Source of the DNA: Octopus sinensis | Taxonomy: Eukaryota | NCBI RefSeq assembly: GCF_006345805.1 | Contig: NC_043001.1 | Coordinates: 54,870,001 to 54,934,000 of the forward strand | Direction of reading: 5' to 3' | DNA: 64,000 nucleotides | In this document: piece by piece, positions 13,335-27,405 of the stretch | Numbering within the stretch: the stretch's first letter is position 1 | Layout of the letters: each line of letters opens with the position of its first letter | Notes under the pieces: model-generated | Told to the model about the DNA's origin: nothing | Database searches by the model: none | What the model saw: the letters and a program-made list of their open reading frames with translations, nothing else | Made by a program: the position numbers and the translations under genes

Positions 13335-14337
13335 TTAGTAATGCAACCCGGCGTTGCCAGGGTGTTATGACCTGCAGCCACGTTGTATTATTTGTTCCTT
13401 TCTTATCGACAGAATCGGCGCAGCTGATACATAGCGAACTGGATTACTGGCGTAATGGAAGTTATTGTTTGTATAAAGTGAAGGTGGAGAGAGCACAATT
13501 TGGAAGGGTTTGCATGAAAGTGCTTTCGGTTCTTAAGGTGGATTACAAACTATGTATTGTTTCGTATAAAAGGGGGTTAACATGATTTTACCCAGAAATC
13601 ACGTTTTCAAAATTTCCTTCCGTCTTCACCGCAATTTCTTAATTTGTAATTGTTTTCGAATTTTTTTTTATCCATGTAGAAAAATAGAGACTACGAATCT
13701 GGGAAATACATATATTTTTTTAAAGTTTAATTTTTCTTAATGAAATACTCAATGCCCTTTCCCCCACCTCGCCCACCCATCACGTTCCCGCTTTCAAAAA
13801 GCTAAAATCTCCCAATGTTTCTCTTTCGTCTGATGTTTCACGCATGCGTAGAATTGCACTGAAATACCAGACCGCCACCAGAAAACCCGACATGCAAGAA
13901 ACAACAGGTAAACGACATTATTTCTGAAGAAACTTCCCCGCTTTCCAAAAAGTTAAAAGTGAAACATTGGGAGTTTGTATCATTTTCAAAGGGATGAGGT
14001 GATGGGTGGATGTGTGGGAAGGAAATTTTAGTGTTTCTTCAAGAAAAAAGGAAGAAAGAAATTCTTAAAGATTCGTACTCTCTGTCTATTTCTCCGTCCA
14101 TTACCAAGAAAAAATTTAGGAAAAGGAAAAAAAAAATGAAGAAATTGGGGTGGGGAGGGAGAAAATTAAAATATTGAGAACGTGTTTTTTGAGCGAAATC
14201 CTAATCAAAAGCATAGGAACAGGAAGAAATCTAAGAAAAAAATAAGGCGGGGCATAAATGTCACCTCGGACATACTAGAAACAACAGGTAAAGGACAGGA
14301 TTTCTGAGAAAACTTCCTTTTAAGTTTATATCAAAGA
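13335..14337 (-). mobile_element. Non-autonomous Helitron
   Basis: Minus strand A|TCtttgatataaac...accctggcaacgccgggtt hairpin...CTAA|T; 3' hairpin shared with about 55150; internal sub-repeats. Confidence 0.7.
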
Positions 14338-14469
14338 TCAGGTTTTTTATTACGCTCATTACAAACACGAATTACAGAATCGGAAAAGAGCATTTCAATT
14401 AGATTTGAACTTTAATTTTGCGCGCGCACACGGCAAGAAATAACATAATTCGTACAGAGGCTTTACCTA

Positions 14470-15060
14470 GTGTGTGTGTGTGTGTGTTTGTGTGTGTGCG
14501 TGCGCGTGTGTGCATGTGTGCGTGTGTGTACATGTGTGTGCCAAGGGAAGTTATTTTATGGCATTCTTTCGTTTGAAGCAGCAAAGTTGTCAACTCGATC
14601 ATATGGGCTCATATGATCGTTAATTTCCGATTTTTTTTCTTTATGCTTTGAAGAGGGCAGAAATTGAAAGAGAGGAGGTGAAAAGGCGACATTTGCTTTG
14701 AAGTGACAGTAGAAAGTGAAAGAGGGGAGAGAGTGAAAGATGTACGTACATGTATATGAAATGGACGTGTGTGTGTGTGTGTTGTGTGTGTGCGTGCGCG
14801 TGTGTGCATGTGTGCGTGTGTGTACATGTGTGTGCCAAGGGAAGTTATTTTATGGCATTCTTTCGTTTGAAGCAGCAAAGTTGTCAACTCGATCATATGG
14901 GCTCATATGATCGTTAATTTCCGATTTTTTTTCTTTATGCTTTGAAGAGGGCAGAAATTGAAAGAGAGGAGGTGAAAAGGCGACATTTGCTTTGAAGTGA
15001 CAGTAGAAAGTGAAAGAGGGGAGAGAGTGAAAGATGTACGTACATGTATATGAAATGGAC

Positions 15061-15085
<25 letters not shown>
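14470..15085. repeat. Near-perfect 294-bp tandem duplication bounded by (GT)n
   Basis: ccaagggaagtt...aaatggac at 14541 and again at 14835. Confidence 0.95.
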
Positions 15086-15091
<6 letters not shown>

Positions 15092-15198
15092 CGCGCATGT
15101 GTGTGTGTGCGCGCGATTGTGCGTGTGTGAGGGAGAGTGAGTGAAGGGGTATGTTGTCATGTATGTATCTTTTGCATGTATGTTTAAGTGGTACTCAA

Positions 15199-15231
<33 letters not shown>

Positions 15232-15301
15232 TTATCTTTCACATACACATACATAAATACAAAAGTATACATCTTTTTGGTATGTGTGCGTGTGCGTGTG
15301 C

Positions 15302-15333
<32 letters not shown>

Positions 15334-15819
15334 TAGAGAGGGAAGGAGAGAGTAACTGACTGTATTTCCTCATAACATATAGAGAAATGAATGTCTTTTA
15401 ATTCGGAGAAACATTACTTTCATTATTCACACATCGCCACTCCCGTAATGCAACACTTTGCAATTTTGGCTCAAATTGAAAGTGTGAAACTATTTTCACT
15501 TCCTAGTGAAACCTGGTCGTTGTAGAGCAGTGTCTTTCAAATAACTAAAGCTGGTTGTTGAGAGTGTAGGAAATATGTAAATAAATATAAAATTTATTTG
15601 GTAGCCGGAAGATTACTGAAACTTTTGCTACCCTATACATCAAAATTGGCAACTCAGTTTTCGAATGCATAAGGAACATACGTACACACACACACGCGCA
15701 TACACACACACCACACACACACACACACTCACACACACACAGATACGCACACACACACACTCACACACACACATGCACACACACCACATACACGCACACA
15801 CACACACACACACATATAG

Positions 15820-15985
15820 GACAGGGCCCTACATTTTCTCGGTGCACGAAATTCACTCACAATTCATTGGTCACTCCGAGGCTATAGTAGAAGACACTTG
15901 CCTAAGGTGCCACGTGGTGGAACTGAACTCAAAACCACATGGCTGCAAAGCGAGCTTCTTAACTGCGCAGCTATGCCTGCGCTCT
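15820..15985 (-). mobile_element. SINE family B 5' part, diverged
   Basis: gaggctatagtagaagacacttgcctaaggtgccacg. Confidence 0.8.
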
Positions 15986-16147
15986 ACATATGGAGAAAAG
16001 TACATTATGTTTCTACTAGATGGCCCCGTGCCGTCAAAAATGACGGCTAATTGAAGTATTTTAGAGTTGAAACACTGTTTGATTTTCCTTTTCGGCGTTG
16101 AATGTTCACCATCCCACTTTCTTTGCACACACACGCATATACACATG

Positions 16148-16194
<47 letters not shown>

Positions 16195-16702
16195 CACACA
16201 CACACACACACAAACGTTCACATACCTCCCTTTTGCATACACACACATATACGCACAGTGTTGAAACGCTTCCACTACCAGTTTGCTATCACTTCTTCCT
16301 TTCTTATTCATCTATCACAATTTCCTTTCTCATCCATATGTTGTGACAGAGTAAAACACAAGAGTATTATTATAGTAGATATTACATTAATTAATTTCCA
16401 TTTGTTTGCTTCTGATTATTTTTCTAGTTCGACGGTTGTTGCTCTCTAATAATTTTCCATTTATATCAGCCTATATTTTTTTTCCTGTGTGTGGTGTGAT
16501 AGGTTTATTCTTCTTATATCAGCTTTGATGTAGTCACTATCGAACATTCTTAGCACCTTCCTCTATTTTTCTTTTTCTAAAATTTTCCATTCTTTTAAAT
16601 TCCAGTTGAAACTCTAACTTATAAGCAGGTTGGTGGGTGTATATATATATCTAATATCTGATTTCACTCACTGAGTTCAGTTTCAAATACTAGTTTTACT
16701 CA

Positions 16703-16897
16703 GGGCGGTGAGCTGGCAGAGTCGTTAGCATGTCGGTGACAATGCTTAGTAGTACTTCGTCCGTCATTACGTTCTGAGTTTAAATTTAGCCGGCGTCGAC
16801 TTTGCTTCTCATCCTATCGGGGTCGATAAAATAAGTACCAGTTGAGCACTGGCGTTCAATTTAATCGACTTAACCCCTTTCCAAAACTTGAAACCAA
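16703..16897 (+). mobile_element. SINE family A
   Basis: ggcggtgagctggcagagtcgttagc...ggggtcgataaaataagtaccag. Confidence 0.85.
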
Positions 16898-17609
16898 TGT
16901 TAGTCTGACTCTTATGTTGTACTTTTAGATTTTCTCCTTCATTTCTCTTTATGCTGACTTTTGTCAGTTTCATCCTAAGTATTTACATGGGTGGTTCTGG
17001 TCCAGTTCTCTGATTTATGCGACTGTATCAAGTTTAATGTTCTCAACTTTAATCAGTTCATCTCTTTTTATTGTATCTTTGTCCCATTTGTCAAATGCTT
17101 TTTACTTTTTGGTAGTTAATCACGCTTTGTTAATGTTCATTTTCATCTGTTCTTTCTGTCTTTCTTTCTTTCTGTCTTTCTTTCTTTCTGTTTTCTTTCT
17201 TTCTTTTTACTGTCTTCTATAGTAGTTCGGTTTATGAAAACCATATTTTTACCGCCACACAGCCAATAACTCCGGTTGATCTGTTGGGATATGTGTTTCT
17301 ATTCTGTCTATTCTCAAGTGTGTATGTGTTTGTGTTCGGTTGGGATGAGGACAAAGGTATACATTTGTTGTGGCTCTGTATTTCATGGAACATTCTATTG
17401 TATTGAACATTAATTTAGATTTAATTGCCTTGTCTCTACGTCTATTTTTTATTTACTGTAATGCCTTTGTTGTTGCTGTTTTTGTTTCTATTGCTTGCTG
17501 TGAACAATCAAGTTGTACAGAGCTCTCTTTAGAGGTTATTTTTTCGAACTTATTAAAATACTTTTTTTATTCATTTTTATCAGCACAGACTTCAAAATAA
17601 TCTTATATA

Positions 17610-17815
17610 TTTTTACTCGTTTCTGTGGGGCACTGCCTTAAAGGGGTTTAATCGAAGAAATCGACTTCAGGACTTATTTTGCTTTCCTTTAAGCTTAGTA
17701 CTTACTCTATCGGTCTCTTTTGCCGAACCGCTAAATTACGGGGACATAAACATACCAACATCGGTTGTTAAGCGATGGTGGAGGAAAAACACAGGCACAA
17801 AGACACACACACACA

Positions 17816-17846
<31 letters not shown>

Positions 17847-18037
17847 CAAATACATACACATATACCAATGTATACATATAAGACGGGTTTCTTTCAGTTT
17901 TCGTCTAACAATTCCACTCACAATGCTTTGGTCGGCTCGAGGCTATAGTAGAAATTACTTGCCCAAGGTGCCACACAGTGGGACTGAACCCGGAACCATA
18001 TGGTTGGGAAGCAAGCTTCTTACCACACAGCCACTCA
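17610..18037 (-). mobile_element. SINE family B
   Basis: Matches 4309-4720. Confidence 0.88.
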
Positions 18038-19299
18038 CGCTATTACCCTGATGTAGAAAAGAATAGGCATTTTAATTGTATACATTTATTTTTGCAAACA
18101 TTCTATTTGTTTCTTTGTGGTGCAATATAATTTCCATTTGGTTGAAGAATGTAGGATCCACAAAGTGGCACATGCAATTAAACAGAGAAAAGATAATTAA
18201 ACAGAACTACAAAGATGTAAATGTAGCTAAAATTTCACAAGTAGACTAGAAAAAAATTGGTGCAAACACAAATTCTTATGAAAATAGCAAAAGCAACACC
18301 ATCAACAACTGTAACCCATATTCTGCTAGCGTAGATGCAAACCAAAAGAAATACTAGACACAGTAAAAGAAGAAGCTCCGAAGAGACATACCACGAAAAA
18401 GAATGTGCCCTTACTCGACAAATTTATCCACGAAATAGCGAGTGGGTAGTTGATTTAATTCTGCTTTTCAAAAGACGGTGAGGGCTTCCATATCTCCTCG
18501 AAAGAAGAGTTCAGGGTAACCCAGGTTGATATGTAGCAGAACGTGTCCAGCGAACAAGGGAGAGCATATAGAAGTATGTGCCAGATGTTTAAGGGCGAGA
18601 ACTAAGCAATGAGAAAAACCAAGCTGCTACTCCATACACGCCCCACGTCTACCCATAGGAAGCTGTAACACTATAAAAAGAAATAAAATTTCCGTTGGAA
18701 ATGCTAGCGCTGACAATGACCGTAGGGTTATCGCTACTTTTGCAACTCAGTGCAGGAAGGCGCTGCACTCGGTGATGATCAGCTACAATATGTGATTGGG
18801 TGGAGTTTGTATAGCCATTCAGATGAATGTGGACGCATCCTAGTTACTACATGAGTAAGTGCAAAGGACTCTTAAAGGAACTACTGCTCAGAGTTGGAAA
18901 AGCTAGCCCCTACCGTCCCCGTCAAAAAAAAAGAAAAGAAAAAATAAATAGGTTTGTAGCTTCTAGCAATAAAAGCAGCAACAAGAGAAGTAGTCTTTTG
19001 AGATGAAGACAGACTATTGCTGCAGCTATCACTGTGTCTGGGTTCCCAGCGATCGTAGCTCAGAGAATGGCAAGAGCTGGGGTAACAATAAGTGGAGTCA
19101 CATATTCCTCCGTACTACGAGTACCAAGTGTCAACCACGTGATAATATAGGGAAAAGTCGAGCGTCTCCTATAGTACATGACTAACCAGAGAGACTACCC
19201 TGCCTTCATTTGTATGGTGGAAAGAGGTGACTGGAGAATGGGACGAAACAGAAAGGAGGATCGAAAATTGAATTAGTGCAGAAAAATGGCAAAAGAAAA

Positions 19300-20830
19300 A
19301 GACAGGAAGTTCCTCACAACAAAGTGCTCATTTTCCTGGATCACCCTAGATTCGTTATCACAAACGATAACCTGGTGGAAGGAAAAAGGAGTAGTGTGCT
19401 AATTGAGTAAGCAGAAAGGATCCGAAGTTATAGAACGACTAAATGACAGACTATGGATTAAAAAACACAAATAGCCTGTAAACAATCAACGATAATAATG
19501 TCTTACTTGAAGAACTGAAAATCTTCGGAAGAGGGTATATATATATTTGTGAAAATAAAAGAAAGCAGTTACTGCTAAACCTTACTGAAAAAGAAATTTA
19601 GTCATGGCTTGGATAGATAACTAAGCTTCCATCAACAGTATACAAAACCTCTGAGTATTAGCTGCTCCAATAATTAGAAACTATAGCAACGACAACCCTA
19701 GTGCAAGATGAAGAAATCACAATAAAAAAAAGTAGATTTTCATTTTCCTGAGATTCCGCCACTGAGTTGTGTCCAACTCTGATTTTATATAAATCTTTTC
19801 AAAATTAGACTATCTGTGATTACATATATTATGAACAAGCTATAACCCACCACCTCAATATGGATGATTTAAAACTATTTTCAAGAGGTATTGCCAAGTG
19901 TTGTACCAGTGAAAGATTATACTTGAATTCAGTAGTTATAGAAAATGACTATAGACAAATGTACCAAAGCAACACTAAAAAGAAGCAAAATAATTCAAAC
20001 ATTTGCTATATTTTAGCTATTAGATGAGAGAATTAAAACAACTACACTTACAAGTAGTTAGAAATGGAGCTAACCTTTGTAATACATCATTAGATAATTA
20101 AGCAATTATAAAAAAGAAATTGGGTAAATATTAGCGATCAAATTTAATGTCGGAAATATAATTATAAGTATAAATATAGCAGCCGCCATCAGTCATAAGC
20201 TGCTGTTCCAATATAAGAAATTGGCGTTTAAATGAACTGAAGAACCTAGACAGGGCAACTGCATTAAAGCAGATGCAGCCTGGTTATATCTACCAAATGC
20301 AAATGGAGGGAAGATCTTCGTACAAATAGAGAACTGTTTCAAAGTAAGTGCGATGTGTCTATAAAAGAGTTAGAAAGAAGCAAAAATTAGTTCAAGTATA
20401 ACACTCAATTCTAATTATACTGTAGACAAGTTTAAATATGAACAAATCAACTGAAAATATACAAATACAATTACAAAAAACTACAAACAAAAATAGAAAA
20501 TAAAATCAAAACAGAACTCATAAAATACATTCAAGTAAAAGGAAGAAAAAAAAGAAACAAAGACAAACTCTCCTGGTCAGTATTCTATATGTCTCAAAAT
20601 AGTAGATATGAACCAATGTGAAAAGCCAGAAACGGAAGGTCTGCTTTTATATACACAAAATCGATACCAAGCAAAAATAAGAAATCCAAACACTAACATC
20701 AACTGTAGATAGAGTATGTAGTAAACAATTTGAAAACATCGACCATACCATTTCCGGCTGTCTTTATAATGACAATATATGCACAGACCGGATAAGTAAC
20801 TATATTCATTGGCAACACGCAAATACGTCT
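19300..20830 (+). pseudogene. Highly decayed Dong/R4-type (RLE) non-LTR retrotransposon RT region
   Basis: Colinear motifs LVMAWID (~19600), HLxMDDLKLF (~19851), LYLPNANGGK (~20283), PETEGLL..Q (~20626), C..C....ENIDHTISGC zinc knuckle (~20705-20760). Confidence 0.8.
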
Positions 20831-20959
20831 ACAAGATAACTAAAAATATGCGTGATTTTAAGCACTCGCTAAACCCTGTGTATGAAAATGAACTAGACTG
20901 CCTACGATAGTCTAGTATCTAAGCTATCCAGAGTGACAAGAAGCCCAAGGCAAATCACT

Positions 20960-21205
20960 GGGGAAGCCTCTATGTGGTCACTCGGCATACTAGAAATAAG
21001 AACCCAATCTCTTTGGAATTATTCCCTCCCATCTTGAAGTAAAAATAAAATAAAACGAAGAAAGGGAAAGGTAGGATATTGTGGTCGAAGATACAGATTG
21101 CTTGAAATAAAAGATGGAATTATCATGCATAGAATGCCTTTTTATTATAAGTCTGCTCGATCAGGACAGACTTAGGGTTAAACAACAACAACAACAACAA
21201 CAACA
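20960..21205 (+). mobile_element. Old interspersed repeat family D ending in (CAA)n; related copies at about 8390-8535, 31975-32148, 41990-42130 (minus), 51950-52135, 52170-52335
   Basis: Shared ctagaaata.cagccaa...gaatgcctttgatcataggtctgctcgatcag...taaacaacaac. Confidence 0.6.
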
Positions 21206-21781
21206 GCAGCAGCAGCAGCAGAGCATTACTCCAGATATCTTACAGATAGTAATAAAAATCGACGTACTCTAATAAACATCTCGATCCATCGAAATGAGAC
21301 CAAGCAAGGCGTTATGCAATGAGAGAGTAACAATAATAATTAGTGCATTACATCAACAATAATAAAAAAAACAGTATATCATGACCCAACACTTTAAACT
21401 TAATCAAAAATTTAATTCAACGAATTAGTTCACCCCGTCATACACAGACTATAAACAGTTCTTTGGTGCAATTCACATATTTTCTACACATCTCTCTAAT
21501 AATAATAATACTTCGTAAGAAACAAAAGCAACACTGAAAAAAAATATAGAACAAAAGCAACTAAGCAAATTAAAAGCAATATCAATTCCTCAACCCTACC
21601 CATCGCTCCATTCCTCCCCACCTCTCTCTTTCTTCTTTCTGTCTGTCTGTCTCTGTCTCTCTGTCTCTCGCTCTCAAGGACGTTGCTATATATATAGACC
21701 AAGATTAGAAAGTGTCTCTAATGATGCATAAGAATGGCTGTTATATACAACTACTGAAAATACAATAATAATAGAAATGAT

Positions 21782-21782
<1 letters not shown>

Positions 21783-21815
<33 letters not shown>

Positions 21816-21855
21816 CAACAACAACAATAACAACAACAATAACAACAACAACAAC

Positions 21856-21914
<59 letters not shown>

Positions 21915-21960
21915 TGATGATAATGATAATAATAATGATAATAATGATGATGATGATGAT
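21783..21960. repeat. (TAA)n/(CAA)n/(TGA)n microsatellite
   Basis: Read directly. Confidence 0.97.
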
Positions 21961-22120
21961 TTCAAATTTTGGTACAAGGCCAGCAATATCGGTGGCGAGG
22001 GTAAATAAGTCGACCCCAGTTTTCAACTAAATTGAGCCCAACTAAATCGACCCTAGTTCTTAACTAGTACTTGTCTTACAGACCTCGAAAGGATGAAAGG
22101 CAAAGTCGACTTCGTCGCCT

Positions 22121-22151
<31 letters not shown>

Positions 22152-22744
22152 GCTACTGCTGCTGCTGCTGCTGCTACTGCTCCTGCTGCTGCCGCCACTA
22201 CTACTATTACTAATAATAATGGTTTCAAATTTTGCCACAAGGGGAGCGGTTAAATCGATTACATCGACCCCAGTGTTTCACTAGTACTTAATTTACTGAT
22301 CCCGAAAAGATGAAAGGGAAAGTCGATCTCACCGGAATTTGAACTCAGAACGTAGTGACGGGCAAAATACCTATTTCTTTATTACCCACAAGGGGCTAAA
22401 CATAGAGGGGACAAATAAGGACAGACATAGGTATTAAGTCGATTACATCGACCCCAGTGCGTAACTGGTACTTAATTTATCGACCACGAAAGGATGAAAG
22501 GCAAAGTCGACCTCGGCGGAATTTGAACTCGCAACGTAACGGCAGACGAAGTACCGCAAAGCATTTCGCCCGGTGTGCTAACGCTTCTGCTAGCTCGCCG
22601 CCTTTTTGTCTAGTTTCTGTTATTTTATTTTTTACATGCTTTTATGTACCCCACACTGTACCGTCTTGTACCATCTCCTGTGTTTTTGCAAAATACCGCT
22701 AAGCATTTCGTCCAGCGTGCTAACGATTCTGCCATCTTACCGCC

Positions 22745-22823
<79 letters not shown>

Positions 22824-23020
22824 CCTTTCTACTGGAGGCACAAGACCTCATATTTGTAGGGAAGGGACTAGTCCATTACATTATCCTTAGTGTTTCACTG
22901 GTATTTAATTTATCGACCCCGAAAGAATGAAAGGCAAAGTCGACCTCGGTGAAATTTGAACTCAGAACGAAAAGGCGGCGGACGAAATGCATCTAAGCAT
23001 TTTGTCCGGTCTTCTAGCGG
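21960..23020 (-). mobile_element. Cluster of SINE family A copies separated by (TAC/TGC/TAA)n
   Basis: Bodies at about 21960-22120, 22220-22745 (compound) and 22822-23020. Confidence 0.88.
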
Positions 23021-23129
23021 TTCTTTATTATCACTGTGGGTTAGCAAAAACACAGGAGATGGTACAAGACGGTACAGTGTGGGGTACATAAAAGCATGTA
23101 AAAAATAAAATAACAGAAACTAGACAAAA

Positions 23130-24340
23130 ATCCCAGGAAGGAATAATTCCTCAAATGGATGGAGGTGGTCTTTGTGGTTGCTAGTGGAATCCCCCGCAAA
23201 ACCATGGTCATCCTAACCGCTAACTTAAGCACCCTCTTCGAGTTGCCCTCCTCCAATTTACAAGCGTACGTAAATTCATTTGGATCATGCTCACCAGTCA
23301 AACCACCTTTCAACAATTTTTCTGAGAAGCAGAACTTTCTTTTCCACCCTATTTCCCTTTCAAAGCTGCTGAGGGATTGGCCGAAATTCTTTCAGTCTTG
23401 TCTGAAAGTCATCGGAGAGATAAGACTGCCTGTCTTTTCCTGCCAAAGGAAGGCTGTGGGACGATCTTCATAATGGACTTAACCGATAGCCAGATCCATT
23501 TCATACGTGGCAGCAGTTGTTCGACATAACGTCGCAAGTCAGCGATGCTCGGGTACTGAATGAATACGGTTTCGGACACTGAATGCCGAACGGAAATTCT
23601 CCCGTTTTACTGGCAGTAGAGGTGCATATCTTATTTCTTTACTACCCATAAGAAGCTACACACATATTGGACTAACAAGGACAGACAAACGGATTAAGTC
23701 GATTATATATCAACCCCAGTGCGTAACTGGTACTTAGCTAATCGACCCCGAAAGGATGAAAGGCAAAGTCGACCTCGGCGGAATTTAAACTCAGAGCGTA
23801 GCTGCAGACGAAATACCTATTTCTTTACTACCCTCAAGGGGCTAAATACAGAGAGGACAAACAAAGAGAGACAAACGGATTAAGTCGATTATATCGACCC
23901 CAGTGTGTAACTGGTACGTATTTAATCGACCCCGAAAGGATGAAAGGCAAAGTCGACCTCGGCGGAATTTGAACTCGGAACGTAGCGGCATACAAAATAC
24001 CGCTAAGCATTTCGCCTGGCGTGCTAATGTTTCTGCCAGATTGCCGCCTAGTAGGGATGCATATCTGTCAAGAGGTTTCAAAACACGTCTCAAATATAAA
24101 AGTAAAGTTCATAAAAAGACCATCGAAACAAGTTGATTTGCCCACTGTGTTGTCAGTCATCGTCACTCGTTTTCCTATGACTGTTATGAACTCTTCGCAA
24201 CACTTCGCCTCCTTTGCTGAGAGTCATGGTAGACTGTCTAAGTAGGTATTGATTCGTTTGGTATTTTTTCAGAAAGTACGAATAGAGTGCATCTGAAGGA
24301 AGTTAGATTGCAATATCCAGCAAAACGCGAAAGCTCTTTC
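23130..24340 (-). pseudogene. Decayed L1/Tx1-clade LINE ORF2 fragment split by a SINE
   Basis: Minus strand about 24245-24100 reads YLDSLP*LSAKEAKCCEEFIT...GKSTCFDGLFMNF, resembling the LS..E...CE..IT..E / KSPGxDGL..EFY pre-RT region. Confidence 0.6.
23632..24045 (-). mobile_element. SINE family A dimer, both units long-tailed
   Basis: Internal junction aaatacc|tatttc at about 23817; flanked by an imperfect ~17-bp TSD (agtagaggtgcatatct / agtagggatgcatatct). Confidence 0.9.
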
Positions 24341-24929
24341 GTTGTTTATGCTGTGTGTTTATGAAGTGTTGATGTGTGTTTGTGTTCCATGGTTTCGGCA
24401 AAGGAAGAAGAACAACACTCATGACCTCCGAGATGGTGATAGGAAAGTGTGTGTGTGTGGGGGGGGGGGCACTCATCGGATATCTCCAAACCAGAAACCT
24501 GGTTCAAATTCTTGAAAAGAGTGGACTTCGCTAAAGACATTCAAATGCCAGGTGGTGATGTTAAATCGGACAGTTAAGTCTACAAACTAAAACAAAGGAG
24601 AAGCCGTTAGACGGGCTTCCGAAACTTCTTTACCGAATTTCGCTTCCGTGTCTTAAGTCGATCCGAGACGTTGACAGCAGAGATTTATGCAGTAGAACAG
24701 CGGAACGAGATTGAACTTACAACTATATGATTGCTAAGAAACCTCTTAACTACACAGCTATATCTGCGCCTAAAGCAATGTGCGCCGTATGTGTGTTTGT
24801 TTTCGACTTGACTTGAAAAGCATTGTATTTTTGTAACTATTTTCTCTTATGCGAATGCTAGATTTGTTAGCTTGTTGTTGTTGTTGTTGAACAACAGTTA
24901 TTCGGTCAGTGAACGACCGCGCGCGCATG

Positions 24930-25335
<406 letters not shown>

Positions 25336-26010
25336 AGATTACGCCCAGTCATCTTCTCTGCAGAGAAAGGTGATATAATGTTTAGCAAACATTAGAGCCA
25401 GTAGTGGATGGTATCGATCTTGTGATACCTGTTGAACGAGTTCTTTATCCTCTCATTATTGATTTATTTATCTTTGTAAATGTTTTAGAAAAGGACGCAC
25501 TTCAATGAATCATCAAGGTTTTCTAGAAACTATTTGTATTTATACGTATGCAAATTATTCATAATGCGGTGAGTTGGCAGAACCCCTATCGCATAAGACA
25601 AAATGCCTGGTATCCTTTATGCATTTTGATCAAATCCCGCCGAGTTCCAATCCACATTTCGTCCTTCTGAGATTGATGATGTAAAATTAACACTCACGGG
25701 CTATTGTACAATTCACTATCTCTCTTTCTCTCTCTGTGTTGTTTCAATGTTTATGTTTTGGTTATTCCACTGGGATAGGAGTGCGAGGTTTGAAATCGTG
25801 TCTGCGTTTGATAGCGACTATGTGGCCACCTAAAACAAACCTTATATTGTTTCTTTCTTTGCAGAGATTACGAGGAATACGTATAACGTACAAATGCCCT
25901 ACAGACTGACAGTACTGACATAAATATATCCACACCTGTAAATCTGGTACATGCAATACTCTGTGATAATTAGTTGTATGTTAAGACCGTATATTGTATA
26001 TATTGTATAA

Positions 26011-26039
26011 TCCTTCCTTCTATAGGCACAAAGCATGAA

Positions 26040-26073
<34 letters not shown>

Positions 26074-26230
26074 GGGGGTAAGTAGTCGATTACATCGACC
26101 CCAGTATTCGAGTGGTACTTATTTTATCGACCCCTGAAGGAATGAAAGGCAAAATCGACCTTGGCATTCTTTGAACTCAGAACGTAAAGACGGGCGAAAT
26201 GCCGGTAACGATTTTGTATAATGCCGGGTC
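26011..26230 (-). mobile_element. SINE family A with internal (GT)n
   Basis: gtcgattacatcgaccccagt...aaaggcaaaatcgacc. Confidence 0.85.
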
Positions 26231-26264
26231 GGTCAAAAGTCACGCAACAAAATACTTGACATTT

Positions 26265-26296
<32 letters not shown>

Positions 26297-27067
26297 CATT
26301 ATTATTATTATTATTATTATTATCATCGCCAGAGCTGGATGTGTATTTCGGAGCTCCGTAAGTGCGTCCCTTGTTTACTTCTACAAAGATTGGTGTTGTT
26401 ACATTTTATTGTTATAATTTGTGACTAAGTTAATCTAAACCATATTGGTCTAATTAACAGGGTTATTTTCTTTTGCCCTGCGGGGCAAAAATCACTCGAA
26501 ACGAAAATTTATTTTCCTTTCAAAATTTTCAAAATTTAATATGGCGTTGTCTTTGTCAGCAAGTCAATAAGAGAGGGAAGTGGGAGGAAATGTAGGATGC
26601 AAAATTGTTTTTCGTGTCACTCGCCCCCACTCACTCTAAATGCAAACGATAGTGACAGTAGTAGGAGGAATAGCAACAGCAATGACAACAACAACAACAA
26701 AAAGAGTAAAAGTGTCAGGAGTAATGAGAATTCCATCAAGGAAGCACGAAATATAACTAGCAGCAGCCAATTGTGCAAGGAAAATATCACCACCACCACC
26801 ACCACCACACTACGACCACCACACAAATCAGTAAAATTTCGAGAGAAAGTTAAAATAGAACCTTCCTTCGCAAAAGTTACATACAAGTTTGAAATGATGT
26901 CGTTAAAGGATATGTATGAACATTTAAAGGAAGCTGAGAGGATTATAAAACACGAAGAGAGGCCACACTAAATGTACATCAAAACCTGCTATAGGTAATC
27001 GAAAAAAAAATCATGTACAGATGTCGGTCCATGAAAAGAAGAAGACTGGAAAAAATACCACCGGACC

Positions 27068-27405
27068 ACATTTGGAACTTGAGAAAAGTCTTGCAAATTT
27101 TTACTGTTCCACTCACAGAATGGACTTGTACGAATCAGCCAGTCAATTTCTCTTTCTGAAAATCCCAGTTTATCTAGATTCTCCTTTAAGCATTTAATTA
27201 CTATCGAAAACTACTGCTCCAATTGTTATTGGTATGGATATGAATTCATAGTTTGGATATTGAAGCTGGAGGTTTCGAAGCAGTTGTCCATAAAGATCAT
27301 CTTTTTCTTTGATTTTCAAAGGGATATTTATATCTGCAGGGCAGCTAACCTCTATGACGATATGTATTTTTGCCCCTCTGTCCCAAACAACTATATCCGG
27401 CCTGT
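27068..27405 (-). pseudogene. Dong/R4-type LINE restriction-like endonuclease C-terminus
   Basis: Minus strand PDIVVWDR...IVIEVSCPADI...GTVKICKTFLKF (PD-(D/E)xK fold); same family as 34034-34380. Confidence 0.85.

Noticed and set aside
21960-24045. CRISPR-like repeat-spacer array
   Set aside because: The repeats are irregularly spaced SINE bodies in eukaryotic DNA, with no cas genes.
25850-25950. Splice-acceptor-like ttctttctttgcag as a coding exon start
   Set aside because: All three frames stop within about 60 nt; a terminal or non-coding exon cannot be excluded but is unsupported.
26597-26971. 124-aa ORF with a KSVKF motif as a host exon
   Set aside because: Largely low-complexity (AAC/ACC repeats), no recognisable domain, no supporting neighbouring exons, and it abuts a LINE remnant.
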